Shown here: piece by piece, positions 35,901 to 48,930 of the stretch
Numbering within the stretch: position 1 is the stretch's first letter
Layout of the letters: every line of letters begins with the position of its first letter
Origin: Acanthaster planci
Taxonomy: Eukaryota
Assembly (NCBI RefSeq): GCF_001949145.1
Contig: NW_019091359.1
Location: 765,838-829,837 of the forward strand
DNA length: 64,000 nucleotides
Direction of reading: 5' to 3'
Notes under the pieces: model-generated
Databases searched by the model: none
Told to the model about the DNA's origin: nothing
Seen by the model: the letters and a program-made list of their open reading frames with translations, nothing else
Translations under genes and position numbers: made by a program

Positions 35901-38006
35901 GAAGTGGCTGCAGCCGCTAGCTAGTGACTTTCATGGATACATGTGCAATTTCGAGTCGCAGCCAAAGCTTTTGTAAATAGTCTGACTCACACTATAATCT
36001 TTTTGGTTTCAATGTGTTTGTGTACCTCACAGGAATTTTGTTTAGTTTCAGAGACAGAGAGTGAAATGATGAAAATGAGCATAAATTACCTACATCGGAT
36101 TTACTGACTGTATAAACAGCAACTTGAAAGTGACTGTTGAGGATTTTCAGAGCAACAACCAGATCAGATGTGTGCATTCCTGAAAATAGAGATGTGTTGA
36201 ATCAAAACCAATCTCTGCATATATGAATATGTATCTTTGTGAAATTAGCAATTGCTTCAAACATCTATCATACAAATAATTAAATTCAATTTGTCATTTT
36301 TTTAATGACAAGAAGGTAAAATATTCACAGTGAATTGTTTCAGATTACACACATCGTTTTCTTTAAACATTCTTAGTTTAGACACATCTGATATGTCCAG
36401 CATTATTACAAATATTACCATCTTATTGGCAAGAAAATCACCTAAATGTTTTGTTCATTACATGTCTGAAAAACGAGTTCATGAGTTCTCACTGAGTTAC
36501 TCCTTAAAAACCTTGACTTAGTCTTACTTAGTCACAGAATTTGCTATATACACTAACAAGAAATATCTACAAACAACTCAGTGAGAGAAAACTAAGGTGG
36601 GATAAGCTATGAGCAGAGGAAGAGTCTTAGATACTGCAACAGATTACATTTCAAAGCTTCAGGGTTTTTAACCAATTGTGTTGTGTGACCAGCACCTGAT
36701 GTCATCACAAACTTATATCATATTCTCTGGTGTACATATACGTACAAAATGTAAAATAAGCTATAAGCTATTTTGCTGGAATAGCTCTTCTTTGAAATGT
36801 TGACTCTGTTGACAAAATGTACATCAATGGAGACATTTTGCTTTTCCCTAAGTACTACTTGCATTGTCGTTTTCAAGGAAAGTTTTAAACCAAGGAAATT
36901 AATCCTTTTTTTTTGTATATTGAAAAAAGAAACTTAATTACCGCACTGACTACAATATGGACACCTTGCCAACTTGGCATTCAAACTCGGCATATGGTAC
37001 AAACATCGAAGACCTACAAACAGTTCTGAATTTAGGAATGAAGTAGAAGTTTGAGAATGAAGCTGAGATGTAAGAAACAACCCATAATGCCCAAGTTGAC
37101 CCAATCTCTTTTCATCTGCAGCTCATACGATGTAAGGAGAAACTGGAAAGAGACAGTCACAGGGATTACGTGAGCAATGAAGTGGACAGCCTCAGCAAAT
37201 TGAGCATTTGCGGCTATGTCTTTCTGTCACTGACTGTCCTCGGCCACAGTACAAGAATGCATGTTTCAGATGCGGCAAAGTGCACATCTGTAACACAATA
37301 CAGCAACTCATCAAAGCTCAGGCTATTTGCCATATCTCTGCTGTGTCTCTCAGGCTCCACAATCAAACATTTCAAACATTCTACTGTTCCAACTAAATGA
37401 GAATATTCCAAATTTTGTACAGTTTTGATGTTTCTGAAACAGGCAGCAAAGTTGCACAGAGTCAGAGTGGGCTCACTCAGCAGTGTTGTAGTAGAGACCT
37501 TTATCAGAACTCGCACAAAGGTAATGTGTAATGAAAAGTCAAATTTGAGTCATGTCAAATGTGAATGATGGAAAAACTCTGAGTACTTTGACTTTAAACT
37601 CAAAGTACTCAGAGTTTACTGATTCTACTAAATCTAGAATACAGTTTGGATTGTGTAATGGTAAAACAGAATGTAAAATGAATGTTTTCATCATCTCCAA
37701 AGATCTTAAGAAGGTCTCGTTGAGATATTTACAATTAAAAGCACGCTTAAACTTTAAGCCATCGCCATTCTTTAATTACATAATTATGTTCTATAGCCTA
37801 AATATATGATTCATTTCTTGTCTGAGAATTACAGAACTTATGAAAAGTAATGAGTTCTTAAAAGTCTCAACTACAACAATGCAAGTTAGCAGGCTGGGTT
37901 CAGGAAACTGAAGCCTTAAATAGGACAGAGAGAAGGCCAAAGGTTTGGAGGTTTGGATAACCTCCAAACTGTGATTGCACCCTTGCTGTTTTCCCGTTGC
38001 TGGCAA

Positions 38007-38207
38007 CTACCCATCAGTGGCCTTTGGGGTGCTCTTGCTGTCCCCGTTGGCCACCTTGGCCATCAGCGAGCGCAGCTTCATCAGGTTCTGCAGGGTGGTC
38101 TGGTCATTGGGTTTGAGCCGCAACGCCTCCATGTAGCTTTGCTCCGCCTCTCCCAGTTTGCCATTCAGGTGGTACATGGCCCCCAGGTTCATGTGACTGC
38201 TTGCTGC
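38007..38207 (-). CDS. TMTC2: TMTC2 last exon (AASSHMNLGAMYHLNGKL...*)
   Basis: Terminal TPR; tttgcag acceptor; TAG. Confidence 0.95.
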   Translation of the reverse strand, partial: AASSHMNLGAMYHLNGKLGEAEQSYMEALRLKPNDQTTLQNLMKLRSLMAKVANGDSKSTPKATDG

Positions 38208-38333
38208 CTGCAAACGTGACGCATGAACACAACCGAGTTTAAATCCTGGTTTGCAGTAAAAAATCTCTCAACTTGGCTTGTAAGAAAATAGATGAGTCCA
38301 GCATTCCTTCCGAGGAGAAGTGACTTGACCCAC

Positions 38334-38512
38334 CTCAGGTTTTAGAAGGGCTGCTCTCTTGTAGAACTCCTCTGCCCTTTCATTGTTGCGTGCCTGGCGC
38401 AGGGCATTGGCCAGGTTAAAGGTTGCCTCATGGTCATCAGGTCGGAGGTCATACGCCTTGCTGAACATGGCCAGTGCTTCATTGTACTGGCCGAGGTCGT
38501 TCAGGAACTGGC
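38334..38512 (-). CDS. TMTC2: TMTC2 exon (QFLNDLGQYNEA...ALLKPE)
   Basis: TPR repeats; ccag acceptor, gtgggt donor. Confidence 0.95.
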
Positions 38513-38644
38513 CTGGAATAATGAACGTGCAGTCACATGCAAATCAGGCAAGAACTGCTGGCTCAATCTGCGTGTTTGTTTGGATGAAATAGAGCATTTC
38601 ATGGTAAAGCTGGACTGATTTTTCAAAATATACCTGCTACTTAC

Positions 38645-38726
38645 CGTAATGTTGATAAACGTTATGATTGCTTGGTTCCAAGTCTTTTGCCCTCTTAAAG
38701 AATTTCTGGGCTTCTGCAAATCGGCT
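38645..38726 (-). CDS. TMTC2: TMTC2 exon (SRFAEAQKFFKRAKDLEPSNHNVYQHY)
   Basis: TPR; ttacag acceptor, gtaagt donor. Confidence 0.93.
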
Positions 38727-38926
38727 CTGTAAAGTGAGAAGTTAAAAGATTTTACTAAATAGTAAACACTTCATGATAGACACTATATTTCATTTCAGGG
38801 GCTTAAGTTGTTCTTCATCTTCAATGTTCAACAAAATGTCTAGACTGAAGGACTTTGAAGCACTTTGCTGGAAACATACCAAAGCAATGCCAGTTAGACA
38901 CATGAAGAAACAAAATAAGGACTTAC

Positions 38927-39048
38927 AGTTTTTCCTAGCATATGAGCATAGGTGAGATGTGCAGGTATGTGGTCGGGTTTAGCTTCCAACGATTTCTTGA
39001 ACCATTTTTCTGCATCCTCATTCCTTCCGAGTTTGAAATATGTTTCAC
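38927..39048 (-). CDS. TMTC2: TMTC2 exon (ETYFKLG...KPDHIPAHLTYAHMLGKT)
   Basis: DHIPAHLTY motif; gtaagt donor. Confidence 0.95.
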
Positions 39049-39460
39049 CTGATCAACAAAACATGAAACTAGCAAAGGTTTAAAAAACTGGCTTTAGACA
39101 TACAGATTTATCCTACTCAAAAGATGTTTGTATCTTAACTTTCTACTGATGGACGAAATGAGTGGCACCTTGAGAATGATTTTCTGTGTTTTATAGAAGA
39201 GCAAATGTTGGATTTAAGGACAGTGAGGGCTCGTTTCCAAATCCAAGAAATGTTGGACTTTCAGCGCAAGAAATCCGTCAACCACAATGACAAGGCATCA
39301 TGAGTTTGGAGAGCAAAAACACTTCAAAAGAAAATGACATAGAAATCTACATGAGGGTACAGCAATTGTTACACTACAAGACTAATTAATGGTGGTAACG
39401 TCTGTCCAGTAAGTCCCAAATAAAAAGGTAGTAAGTCCTTCGGAGCCGAAATATGCCTAC

Positions 39461-39539
39461 CTAGCATGTTGTACAGGCTCTGGGGTGTGTAGTGGTTAGG
39501 TCGTCTTTCAATGGCTTCCTTGAAGACTTTTAAGGCTTC
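39461..39539 (-). CDS. TMTC2: TMTC2 exon (EALKVFKEAIERRPNHYTPQSLYNML)
   Basis: PQSLYNM motif; gtaggc donor. Confidence 0.95.
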
Positions 39540-40208
39540 CTGTACATAACCACATACGATTGTGTATTAAATTGACTATCACTATCATGTCTTCCCATGT
39601 GCAATTATACATTTTCCATCTTGTGACAATACGGCAACGTTGAAATGTGTGGTCGTCACTATTATATTACTTGATTCCTCAATTGTTTGGACACTAATTT
39701 CCAAGCCTTCATTCACAGACCACGGTATTCCCACAGTTGAAGATGCTTCCCTACTTCGTATGGTGTCCAGACCCTGGAATGTGGACTGATATCATTGACT
39801 CGATATGGAGTTTGATTGAGTCATCCTCTGATCTGCAAAAGGTGACATCAACTCGGAACCACTGAAGTTGAGGCTTGACCCTGAGATTAAGCTGAGTGGA
39901 CTTGGAACATGAATGTGCATACAGGAACTCGGCTACACTATTTTATTTCATTTGTTTCTCTGAAAGGAATTGTGTGGTAATTATACATGTACTCTGCTCA
40001 TTTGAGCATGTCACATATCACGTACATTTTCCTGCTGGGATGGGTGTGTCAATAACTACAGAAACATTTGTGTTCAACCTGACAACATGACAGGGATCTA
40101 CTCTACCTTTGTTGATTACTTCACCCGTTACAGCACTCAGCTTTTCAAATCATTCCATCAAAAAGGCCTCTCTGAGTAAAAAATACACTTTTTTTCTGCT
40201 ATCTGTAC

Positions 40209-40393
40209 CTCATATCTGCCCTGGTCCTGGAGAAGTCGGCCCAGGTTGAACAGCGAGGATATCACCCCAGTCATTTGATTCTTGGGGTCCTTCAGACCCG
40301 TGTCGTCCAGGGTGGCTGCATGCCGGTACACTGCCTCTGCCTCGTCGTGCCGTCCCAAGGTGTTCAGAACAATACCCAGGTTAAGATGAGCCA
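40209..40393 (-). CDS. TMTC2: TMTC2 exon (AHLNLGIVL...GLKDPKNQ...QGRYE)
   Basis: TPR with LKDP insert; AG/GT boundaries. Confidence 0.95.
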
Positions 40394-41152
40394 CTACAAT
40401 ATAAAAAAGGGAAATAACTGCAACATCTGAACTGTTTCATATTGATAAGTAATACACCACCTCTACTGTGTGAATACATTCAGCTCACGCAAAGGACAAC
40501 ATTGGTTGTACCGGGAATGTATACCAGGAATTAAGATTTGGAGTGCTTACATGGAAAACAGACATAATGGAGTCTGGCCAGCATATGAAATAGATAATAT
40601 TTTGGGAATGTGAAATAAAGGTAGTGTGCTCACAAATGAGCACCAAAGGAAAAAAGTCCACATGGTCCACGTCATTTTAGCTTTAATGCTAGACACAACA
40701 TGAGTATGTGAGGAAGAAAAGCAGCTGAAAATGTCAACAAATTTGAAAATGTCTCTCGCCTATCTGACAAGCTGGCCACCCAAAAACACTCACGCCCATA
40801 GTCAGTCAGTGTTCAGTAGACTTGGTTTTGTGGAGTGAGCCTGATTCCCACTTTAATGACCCATTCTTTTGGGTGCACTCAGATACTCAAAATAATTCCA
40901 CAGCTCTGGCTAAGAAAGAAAAAAAACGGCAAAGGACCAACAAATTTTTTTTAAAATGCAAAAGGGGCTGGGAGATCTCAGGAACCAAGTCTACTGTGCA
41001 ATGTCTGCCAGCCCCAACCTGTTGACGAATTCAAAGCATTGCTGTACATGTAAAGCTGAGTCTATGTCTGGGGTGAAGTGATGAAGCACCAGAACAAGTG
41101 TCACTGGTGAACCAGGCCAAATATATGCAACGAACCACGGCACACTACATAC

Positions 41153-41238
41153 TTGACAGTCTTGGTCTGCACTGGATGGCCAACTGGTAACTGGTGAGAG
41201 CTTCCTCATATCGCTTGCTTTCCTGCAGTAAGATTCCT
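41153..41238 (-). CDS. TMTC2: TMTC2 exon (GILLQESKRYEEALTSYQLAIQCRPRLS)
   Basis: TPR; ttccag acceptor, gtatgt donor. Confidence 0.95.
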
Positions 41239-41740
41239 CTGGAAAGGCAAATTAAAAGAAAAAAAAGACCTCAGGTTTTTCCGCTGAAGCTACATTTTAC
41301 CTACCTGTACACGTGGGCAAGCACTTATGGTCAAAGATTCCTTTATTGCCCTGAATTTCCTTCCTGATTGCTTTATTGCCCTGAATTTTCTTTAGAAACC
41401 ATGCGAAAACTACATCATTAAGACAGAGATGTGACAAAACACTTGTTGGCTGCTGTGATGTAGGATATGAAGTATTGAACATGCCATGCATGTGCCCGTG
41501 GAGTTTTCAAAACATGTCTTACATTACAGCAGTTAATAATTGTACAACGTAGATTTGGATTTGCCGTCTTCCCCTGAACGGCACATTATATGCAAATATT
41601 AATTACAAAAACAGACAAGGTATTTTTCAAACTTAAAATAATCGATGTAGGACAGGTGCATAAGTTAAAATTGATCAATGCTGCATGTGGAATGATCATA
41701 AAAAAGGAAACAATGGCAAACCAGCATCAAAAATTCTTAC

Positions 41741-41855
41741 AGGTTGTAATGGACGTCAGCCATGTTACCACGGTAACTCAGTGCATTTTTGTATGCCTCC
41801 TCGGCCTCTCCTATCTTGCCTTGGGACTTGAGGATGTTGGCCAGGTTTCCCCATG
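41741..41855 (-). CDS. TMTC2: TMTC2 exon (WGNLANILKSQGK...RGNMADVHYN)
   Basis: First TPR; gtaag donor. Confidence 0.95.
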
Positions 41856-44800
41856 CTAGCAGAGTAAGTCAAAACAAAAGATGTCACTGAATTTCTGCTC
41901 CAAGTGAAAGAGGATCACACATTTGCACAGTAGTTATTCACAGCTGTTTAGAGCTTGTTTCTTTTCTTTCCAGAGAGCTGTGCAATTCAATCTAGACATA
42001 TTTAATTTGAATTACATTTAGTTATTTTTAATCCAAATCTGGCAAGATGTAACAACTTTTGAAGGGTTTGTCTCAATTGATGACTGTTGCTTAAATTGTA
42101 ACAGTTACCAAACTGGAGTTTGTGTGGACATAAAATTACAAATGAACAAAAACTGGAATATGTTTACAATAAATGAAACTTGAAATAGTAAAATATTTAA
42201 TTTACCATTCACATACAGTGTATGAGTGACACAATTTAAAAGTATGTTGAGAGTGCAGTTGTGGTCTGGAATGTGACCTTTTATTCAGCAATAAAGTACC
42301 TGCAAAAATTTCAGGGTCTATGATACTTCAACCCAAACAAGGCCATCGGAAAGCCTCTACAAAACTTCAGTACTTTTAACAAGCGGCAATTTCTTTACCA
42401 AAAAAAAACATTTAAATCTTGCTTAAATGTATGTATTTTTTAAATAGCCTCCAAAGTTAAAGGTGAAAGCACTTGCATAAAAATGTAGAACAGTCAACCT
42501 CCATCAAATTAAACTTTACTTTTGTTTGTCACAGAGTAAACATGTTTGTGGACTGTAAGAAAGTTTGTGAAATTGTGAAAAAATGCTTGGCATCAAAGTT
42601 CATCCTTTCCTCATGAAAGACTTAAATGACAGGAAAGAAGGCCAAATCATCAAAGTCTAAAGAAATTTCCCTCTTTTCCTTGGTGAGTTTGACAATAAAT
42701 GTCAGGGGGAAATTCAGGGCAAATTGCTGGGACAAAACAAACTGGCACAATTAATTGTGCGTGTCACATGCAAGGTGTTGAGTTTCTTTTGTCACTGATA
42801 TGGAATCCAGTGGTGGGACATTTAATGGAGCACATCTCTTTTTATTCGGACAGCACAGCAGTGTTTGGAAAATGGCCAACTGAAAATGAAACCTTACTTA
42901 GTACAAGTAACTCATTCCCGAAGAGAAAAAAGTGCAAGTTAAACAACCATCAGAGTCCAACTTCCTGCAACAAAACATATTGTGTTAGTTTAGAAATTCT
43001 CAAGCAATGGAGACAACTGTCACACACAGCATGTACATGTACATGCTCAGCATTTCATAAAGCACAGTGGGCTGATGAGGCGAAACACAGTTGTTCACTG
43101 CACACATCGTGCTTGTACATATGCACCTGTACACGGTGATGTGAAATTATGCATGTACGGGTCTGTGTACTACTAAGGGCACTCTTTTGGCCAGAGTCAA
43201 AATATTAGTCATATGCTTTTAAGCAGCACCATACTCTACATTCATTGAGTTATCACAGTCTCCAGACCTGGATATGTCACCAAAAGAATTACAGCTACTG
43301 CTGGATGCTGATACTTCAACATTAGATGTGCCAGCTTCAATCCATCAAGTTGAAATTAGCCAGCAAGCCCTGTCAAGCTCCACAGAAAAGTGGTCTGCAC
43401 TCAACAAGTAAGGGGTTATGGGTTGGAGTCCCAGTTCCAGTCAAGCTCGTGAAATTTTCCTCCAAAGCTTTCAAAATGCAACTCACATACAGAGCTAGCA
43501 GCAGTGAAAGACTAGTCTTTAGGCATTGAGTCCCGTGCTGTCACATTTTAGCACTGCAGGCAATTTGAAGTCCAAAACCTCAACAACACATCTTTTGTTT
43601 TTCATGCAACCTCTAGGATGTGAGAAAATTGTATTGAAATACATGTATGTACAATGTACAGGATGCGCGACAATAAAATGCTAGATGAGACATCCAGCAG
43701 ACCTGTATACAGGTAGATCTACTTCACTTTTGGGCACTGACTGAGACCTGCTAAACATCACATCTTGAAAATGTCCCACATGTCAGAGATCAGACACTGC
43801 CATCCATTCATCGCTTATCCCAGATTACGAACCTTCACAGCTGGTAGTGTGTGATCTCTGGGTGAAACCATAGCTCATATAATGAAACTCTCATACACTA
43901 ACAAACAGCTTGCCATTGCAGAAAACATACTAGTTTACCTGAACTGTAAGGACATGTCTTATATATTTTTTGGTTACATATTCTATTCAACTGATCAAAA
44001 GCTGCTTTTCAAAATAAAGACTTCTTTTCAGAGGGTGCAAGACAATGCCAGGGACCTCTTATGTAACTATTGCTTCAAACATCCTGTGTATGATATGTGG
44101 GATGAATGCAAGGATGCAAAGGAACAAGTAGATGTAAGGCCTTGCTGTACAGATGGCACAGCAAAAAAAATTACTTGTGACCACCTCATGGCCAACTGCT
44201 TACTTTATTATTGCAGATTAAATCATAAAAATAGCATTTGATTGGTCAGCTGTTTGATCAATCAAAACTGTCATTTGAAAGGGAACAGTTACTTGATCAA
44301 AACTTTCAACTGCTTGCTACATGTATACATGTGTACTGCACTAGTCTGGGAATGGGAAGCATGAACTGTGGATCTAAGGAGTACAGATTTTGTACGTATG
44401 AACGAAGGACAGTGTACAAAGCTAAACCCATGCTGGCAAGTTGGATATGGACATCAACCCCTCGGCTGCCAGCAAAAGTAAAAATCTAATTTAATCTTCC
44501 ATTTCCCCTGCTACATGTATTCTGATCCACTATGACAGTCCCCCCCCCCAAAAAAAACCAGACGACAGCACAAATTTCTCAGTTTAACCGATGATTCAAA
44601 ACTGTGACACCTACATGTAGCTCCATTCTGTATTTCACTGGCCGGGAACGTCCATGGTCCATCAATTTGGGATCACCAACATTCAAAAGATGCTGAAAAA
44701 GAGGTTGTTTGGACCATAGCCTCCGGCAGGAAGCGTGCAAAGAGACCATTCAAACTTTATCGAGGAGATGCTTTTGTGCTCAGATCAAAATATCATTTAC

Positions 44801-47484
44801 TGGCTCTAGACCTGTGTTAGGCTGATGAATGGCTGAGTGATACGACCAGTGACACAAAATGGAATGCAAGTTAATTTTGCTGTAAAGTGGGTGGCATGTG
44901 GGATTTTCCTTGACAATACATGAACTACATGTACAGTAAGCCTTCTTAAATTGACTTTAACAGGTTAAACATAGGCTCCCACTGCAAATGGAGAGATTTA
45001 TGATTTCAGTTCATCTGAATGCAAAGAAAAACCGTCTCAGCTGGGAACAAAGTGCATGGCTCCTTCAATGGATTAAGAGTGCAAGGTTGCCATCAAACTT
45101 GTGATTGTGCTCATTTCTTTGCTACATTTCTTCACTCAAGGTAAAATGGTTTCCACTAAGGCACTGCTTACATGTACAAGAAATCTACTTTTTAAAAACA
45201 ATCTTTACATATTGGAAGTATCTTCCTTGTTTTTCTTGGGTTACTTAAGCTCAACATTCCAAATTGATAACTTAATTTTTCCCCTTCAAATGAATACAGC
45301 GAATACTGAAATATCCCCAACTTCAGACCACTTCATTTGCTGTGCTATTACAAAAGTACAAGAGACCTCACACTTACATGTACACCTGTGGGCCTCCATG
45401 TGTACAGTGTACATTGGTAATGCTTATCAGCCGTCATCTCATTTACTCAACCAATTACATTCAAGCAGTCACTAACTGGCAGATCTTTATTGACTTTGGA
45501 GTCTGTAATCAGGTATTTCCATATCAATATGTCCCTGTCAGTTGTCATAACAAACAATTCATATCTCAACTTAATTTTTCTTCAAAGAAGAGAACTGTTC
45601 TGATTTGACTCAATGACAGTTGCCATGATATTTTTGGAAATTGTTTCTCATGTCTGGAACAGCCTAATAGCAGTCATGGGTATAAGATAGAGACTTCTTG
45701 TTTGAACACTTGAAAAAATATTATAATTTTTAAATTTGTTTTTTAGAACTTAGAGTACCAAGTAGTTAGAGTAAAAAAAGTGAGAGGAATTTCACCATGC
45801 CTTTATTATGAAAGAAATAAAGCAAACCTCAAGTGGCAATAAACTGCAACATTTAATGTGTATATATGCACCTTATGAAAAATATACAATTTTCTGAGTT
45901 CTGCAAAGAAAATGCCACACGGGATAAACCTGCACAGCATACAGCTTTCATGGTACGCATCATCGACTTGAACTGCCCTGTATTTCTAGTAAAATCAAGG
46001 TTTACGGCGGTCATCGCTGATGACTTTTGAACCCTGCTCCACTGGTCTCTGCACCACTGCCACTTATGAAAATATACCACCCTTCAAAATGGATGGACAG
46101 GGTCTCCCTACCCTGTACAAATTATGCTAAATGACAATTTGTCATAAGGGTCGAGGACAGATGGTGTACATTTTTGCCTGTTTTCCTGCCTGCTAAAGAT
46201 ATAAATAGCAACAGATGGCAATGAGAGTTATACAGAAACCCCCAAAATGAACGGTGTGTAAACAAACAAAGTTGGTGGGCGGGAATGTTTGGCCTATGCT
46301 CGTACATGTATGCATTGGAATGGAGTGAAAGGGAATGGACTTGTGAAGGGAATTACATCAGACACACTGGTATTTTGTGATTGAGTCTTGGAAACTTGGG
46401 GTAGGAGGTTCACATCAAAGCAAGGCATAAATCCTCTCATCACATGTACAGACTACAGAATATATAAAACTGTATTGATTCATCATTTTTAAAGTACAAT
46501 TACATGGTACAGGTACTAGTTGATTTAACAAGACCGTTGCTTACATCTAATTAAAATGACTGGGTGGATAAACCAAGCAGCTCTTTGCTTTCACAAACGA
46601 TAACTGTGTTTAAGGAAACATTTATACAACCATGTACTCCACACACAGGCACTGGGCAAACATGCTACATGTAAATCTTTAAATGGCAAATGCACCACAT
46701 CAGGAAGAGGGCTGAACTGCTCAACAAGATTAATCAAAACCTCTGCCCACATTACCAGGGGATAAGTCTGACAAGTGTTGTCTGGCACCCTGTGGAGCTG
46801 TTTGCTCAATAGATAATGTCTGTCAGCCACTCCTGTTGCCAGGAGACAGCCGCCTTTCTAAAACACACCTTAAATTAAGAATCTCGATTATCATAACAAA
46901 TAAAGAGCACCAAAGTCTATTTTGTGTATTTTGTGTCTTTTACTGTAAATGCTTCGTCAGCGGATTCACTTTTATCTTTACAGTGCCATTATGATTCCCA
47001 TTTTAGGCATGGCCATGTCAGTAATTTTCAATCACTATCCAGGTTTCTGCTTCTACAATAAGGATTGGGCTACATTTCACAGGTATGCAATTTGGACTTT
47101 GAGGGAAAAAATGAGGAATTCCAGTCTTTACAATACTTTGTATATTCGGTTCCTATATTATCACGAAGAAGACCATGAAGATGGCAAAAATTATACGCAA
47201 GTTATAGCCAAATCTGGTGATCATGAAAATGCTATCACTGGTCACTTGCTTGCCATAGTCCCTGATAATGGATGCAAGCCTTGTGAGGACCACTATTCTG
47301 AGCTTTTCTTTTTTTTTTCCGCCATTAAAGCGGGCCATTGGCATGTCTAGTGAAATGTCACTGGATTTGTCTACTGACAGACTACGTGTGCTGCGAGACA
47401 GCTGATGACGATGATTTCAACTGCAAGGGAAAAAAAGTTTTAAAAAAAAAAAAGACTGTGCAATTTAATACTCCAGGTTGGTAC

Positions 47485-48481
47485 CTTTTGGTGGATTGAC
47501 ATCAATGCCTGATCTGTAGAGGGCTTCCTCAGACTGCCAGTCAAAGTTCCTCATCCAGGTCCTCACACTGAAAAGCAAGAGGAGAGAGGTGGTGATCGCT
47601 ATGACGACCGTCTTTTGACTCCTCGGGCGCCGTGCCCAAAGCTGGTGGACGGCCTCCGCAGCTAAGAAACAGAAGCCCATGCTAGGAATGTACAGGATGC
47701 GCTCGGCTAGTACAAAGCCCACGTAGAAAAAGAGATTGGTGGCTGGCACGAATGGGAGAATCATGAAAACCATGCTGACGATGACAACATTTAAGATCCG
47801 TGTCCTCTCCTGAAAGCTTGACGGAGCTATGGAGGGAGATGAGCTGCCCGTCAGCTGCGATGAGGGGTGATGATGGTTTTTCCGCTGGCCGTTACTGGTT
47901 CGCTTTCGGAGGGATGACAAGGTGTCATGCCTGATTCCGTTGCCATTGCTGTTGTTGCAACTTGGACTTGGAATGTGGGTGTACCCGTTTCTGGCATGTC
48001 CGTTTCTCTTATCACTCGATCCAGTCCATGCAACACCATGGCCATTACTAGCTCTGCTAGCTCTACAATTACTCGGACAGTTTGAGAAATCTGAACTGCC
48101 AGCTTTTAATCGGTTGTTTACTTCGTGTCCATGATGTAAATCTTCTAGCTCCTGGAAGCAGTACCAGGCAAAGGCGGCCAGACTGCTGTAATATACCAAA
48201 CTGAACAGATTTCGGATATCAGTTAGTGACTCAATCAGTGGCACTGCTTCCATCGACCAATCAAAGCTGAGACGATAAGGGCAGACCAAGAGCCAGGCGT
48301 TTAGTACTGGAAGATACAGGAATGTCAGGAGTCTCGTCTGCAAGCTCTCGTCACTGGCGGCGGGGTTGTCAGACGGGGCAAAGTGGGGCGGCTTGTTGCC
48401 CATGAAATGGAGGCGGAATGCAAGCAAGATGGCCACGCTGACAACTTGAGATAGGATACCCTCCCAAAGCCGGTGGCAATC
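47485..48481 (-). CDS. TMTC2: TMTC2 large exon (DUF1736, long loop, TM segments, PATNLFFYVGFVLAERILYIPS)
   Basis: Highly conserved TMTC motifs; ttgtag acceptor, gtacca donor; 997 nt. Confidence 0.96.
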
Positions 48482-48686
48482 CTACAAGAAAACAAGAGAA
48501 CAAGAACAAAACATAAACACTACATAGACAGTAGCTAGTACATGTCAGCCACACAGACTAAAGTAAATCTCTTCATTACATGACTCATGCGAAAGTGAAC
48601 AACCAATCTTGAAGGCTAGGTCATTTGTCTGACAACCACTTCAATAATTAACCAATTTAGTATTCCAACTGCACATATGCATGTAT

Positions 48687-48930
48687 GGGTAAATCCAGAA
48701 ATTAAGGGTCCTTTTTTGTGTGTGTCCCTGTCACATCTGACATACGAGTTGTAAGTTCAGAACACATTTTCTTATTTCCAAGAGTGATGAATTAAAGCAA
48801 ATTACCTGCCAAATAAATAGTAATGGTTTGAAATAAATGACGGTGATATTTCCATTTCAAATAACAAGGTCAGATGTAACAGGGACACAAAAATGTCACA
48901 CTTTTGGACCCTGAATTTCTGGAATTACCC
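48687..48930. mobile_element. MITE family B, copy 2
   Basis: gggtaaatccagaaatt / aatttctggaattaccc; homologous to copies at 12792 and 58285. Confidence 0.9.

Noticed and set aside
46949..47350. 133-aa plus-strand ORF in a TMTC2 intron
   Set aside because: AT-rich, no domain similarity or coding-like composition
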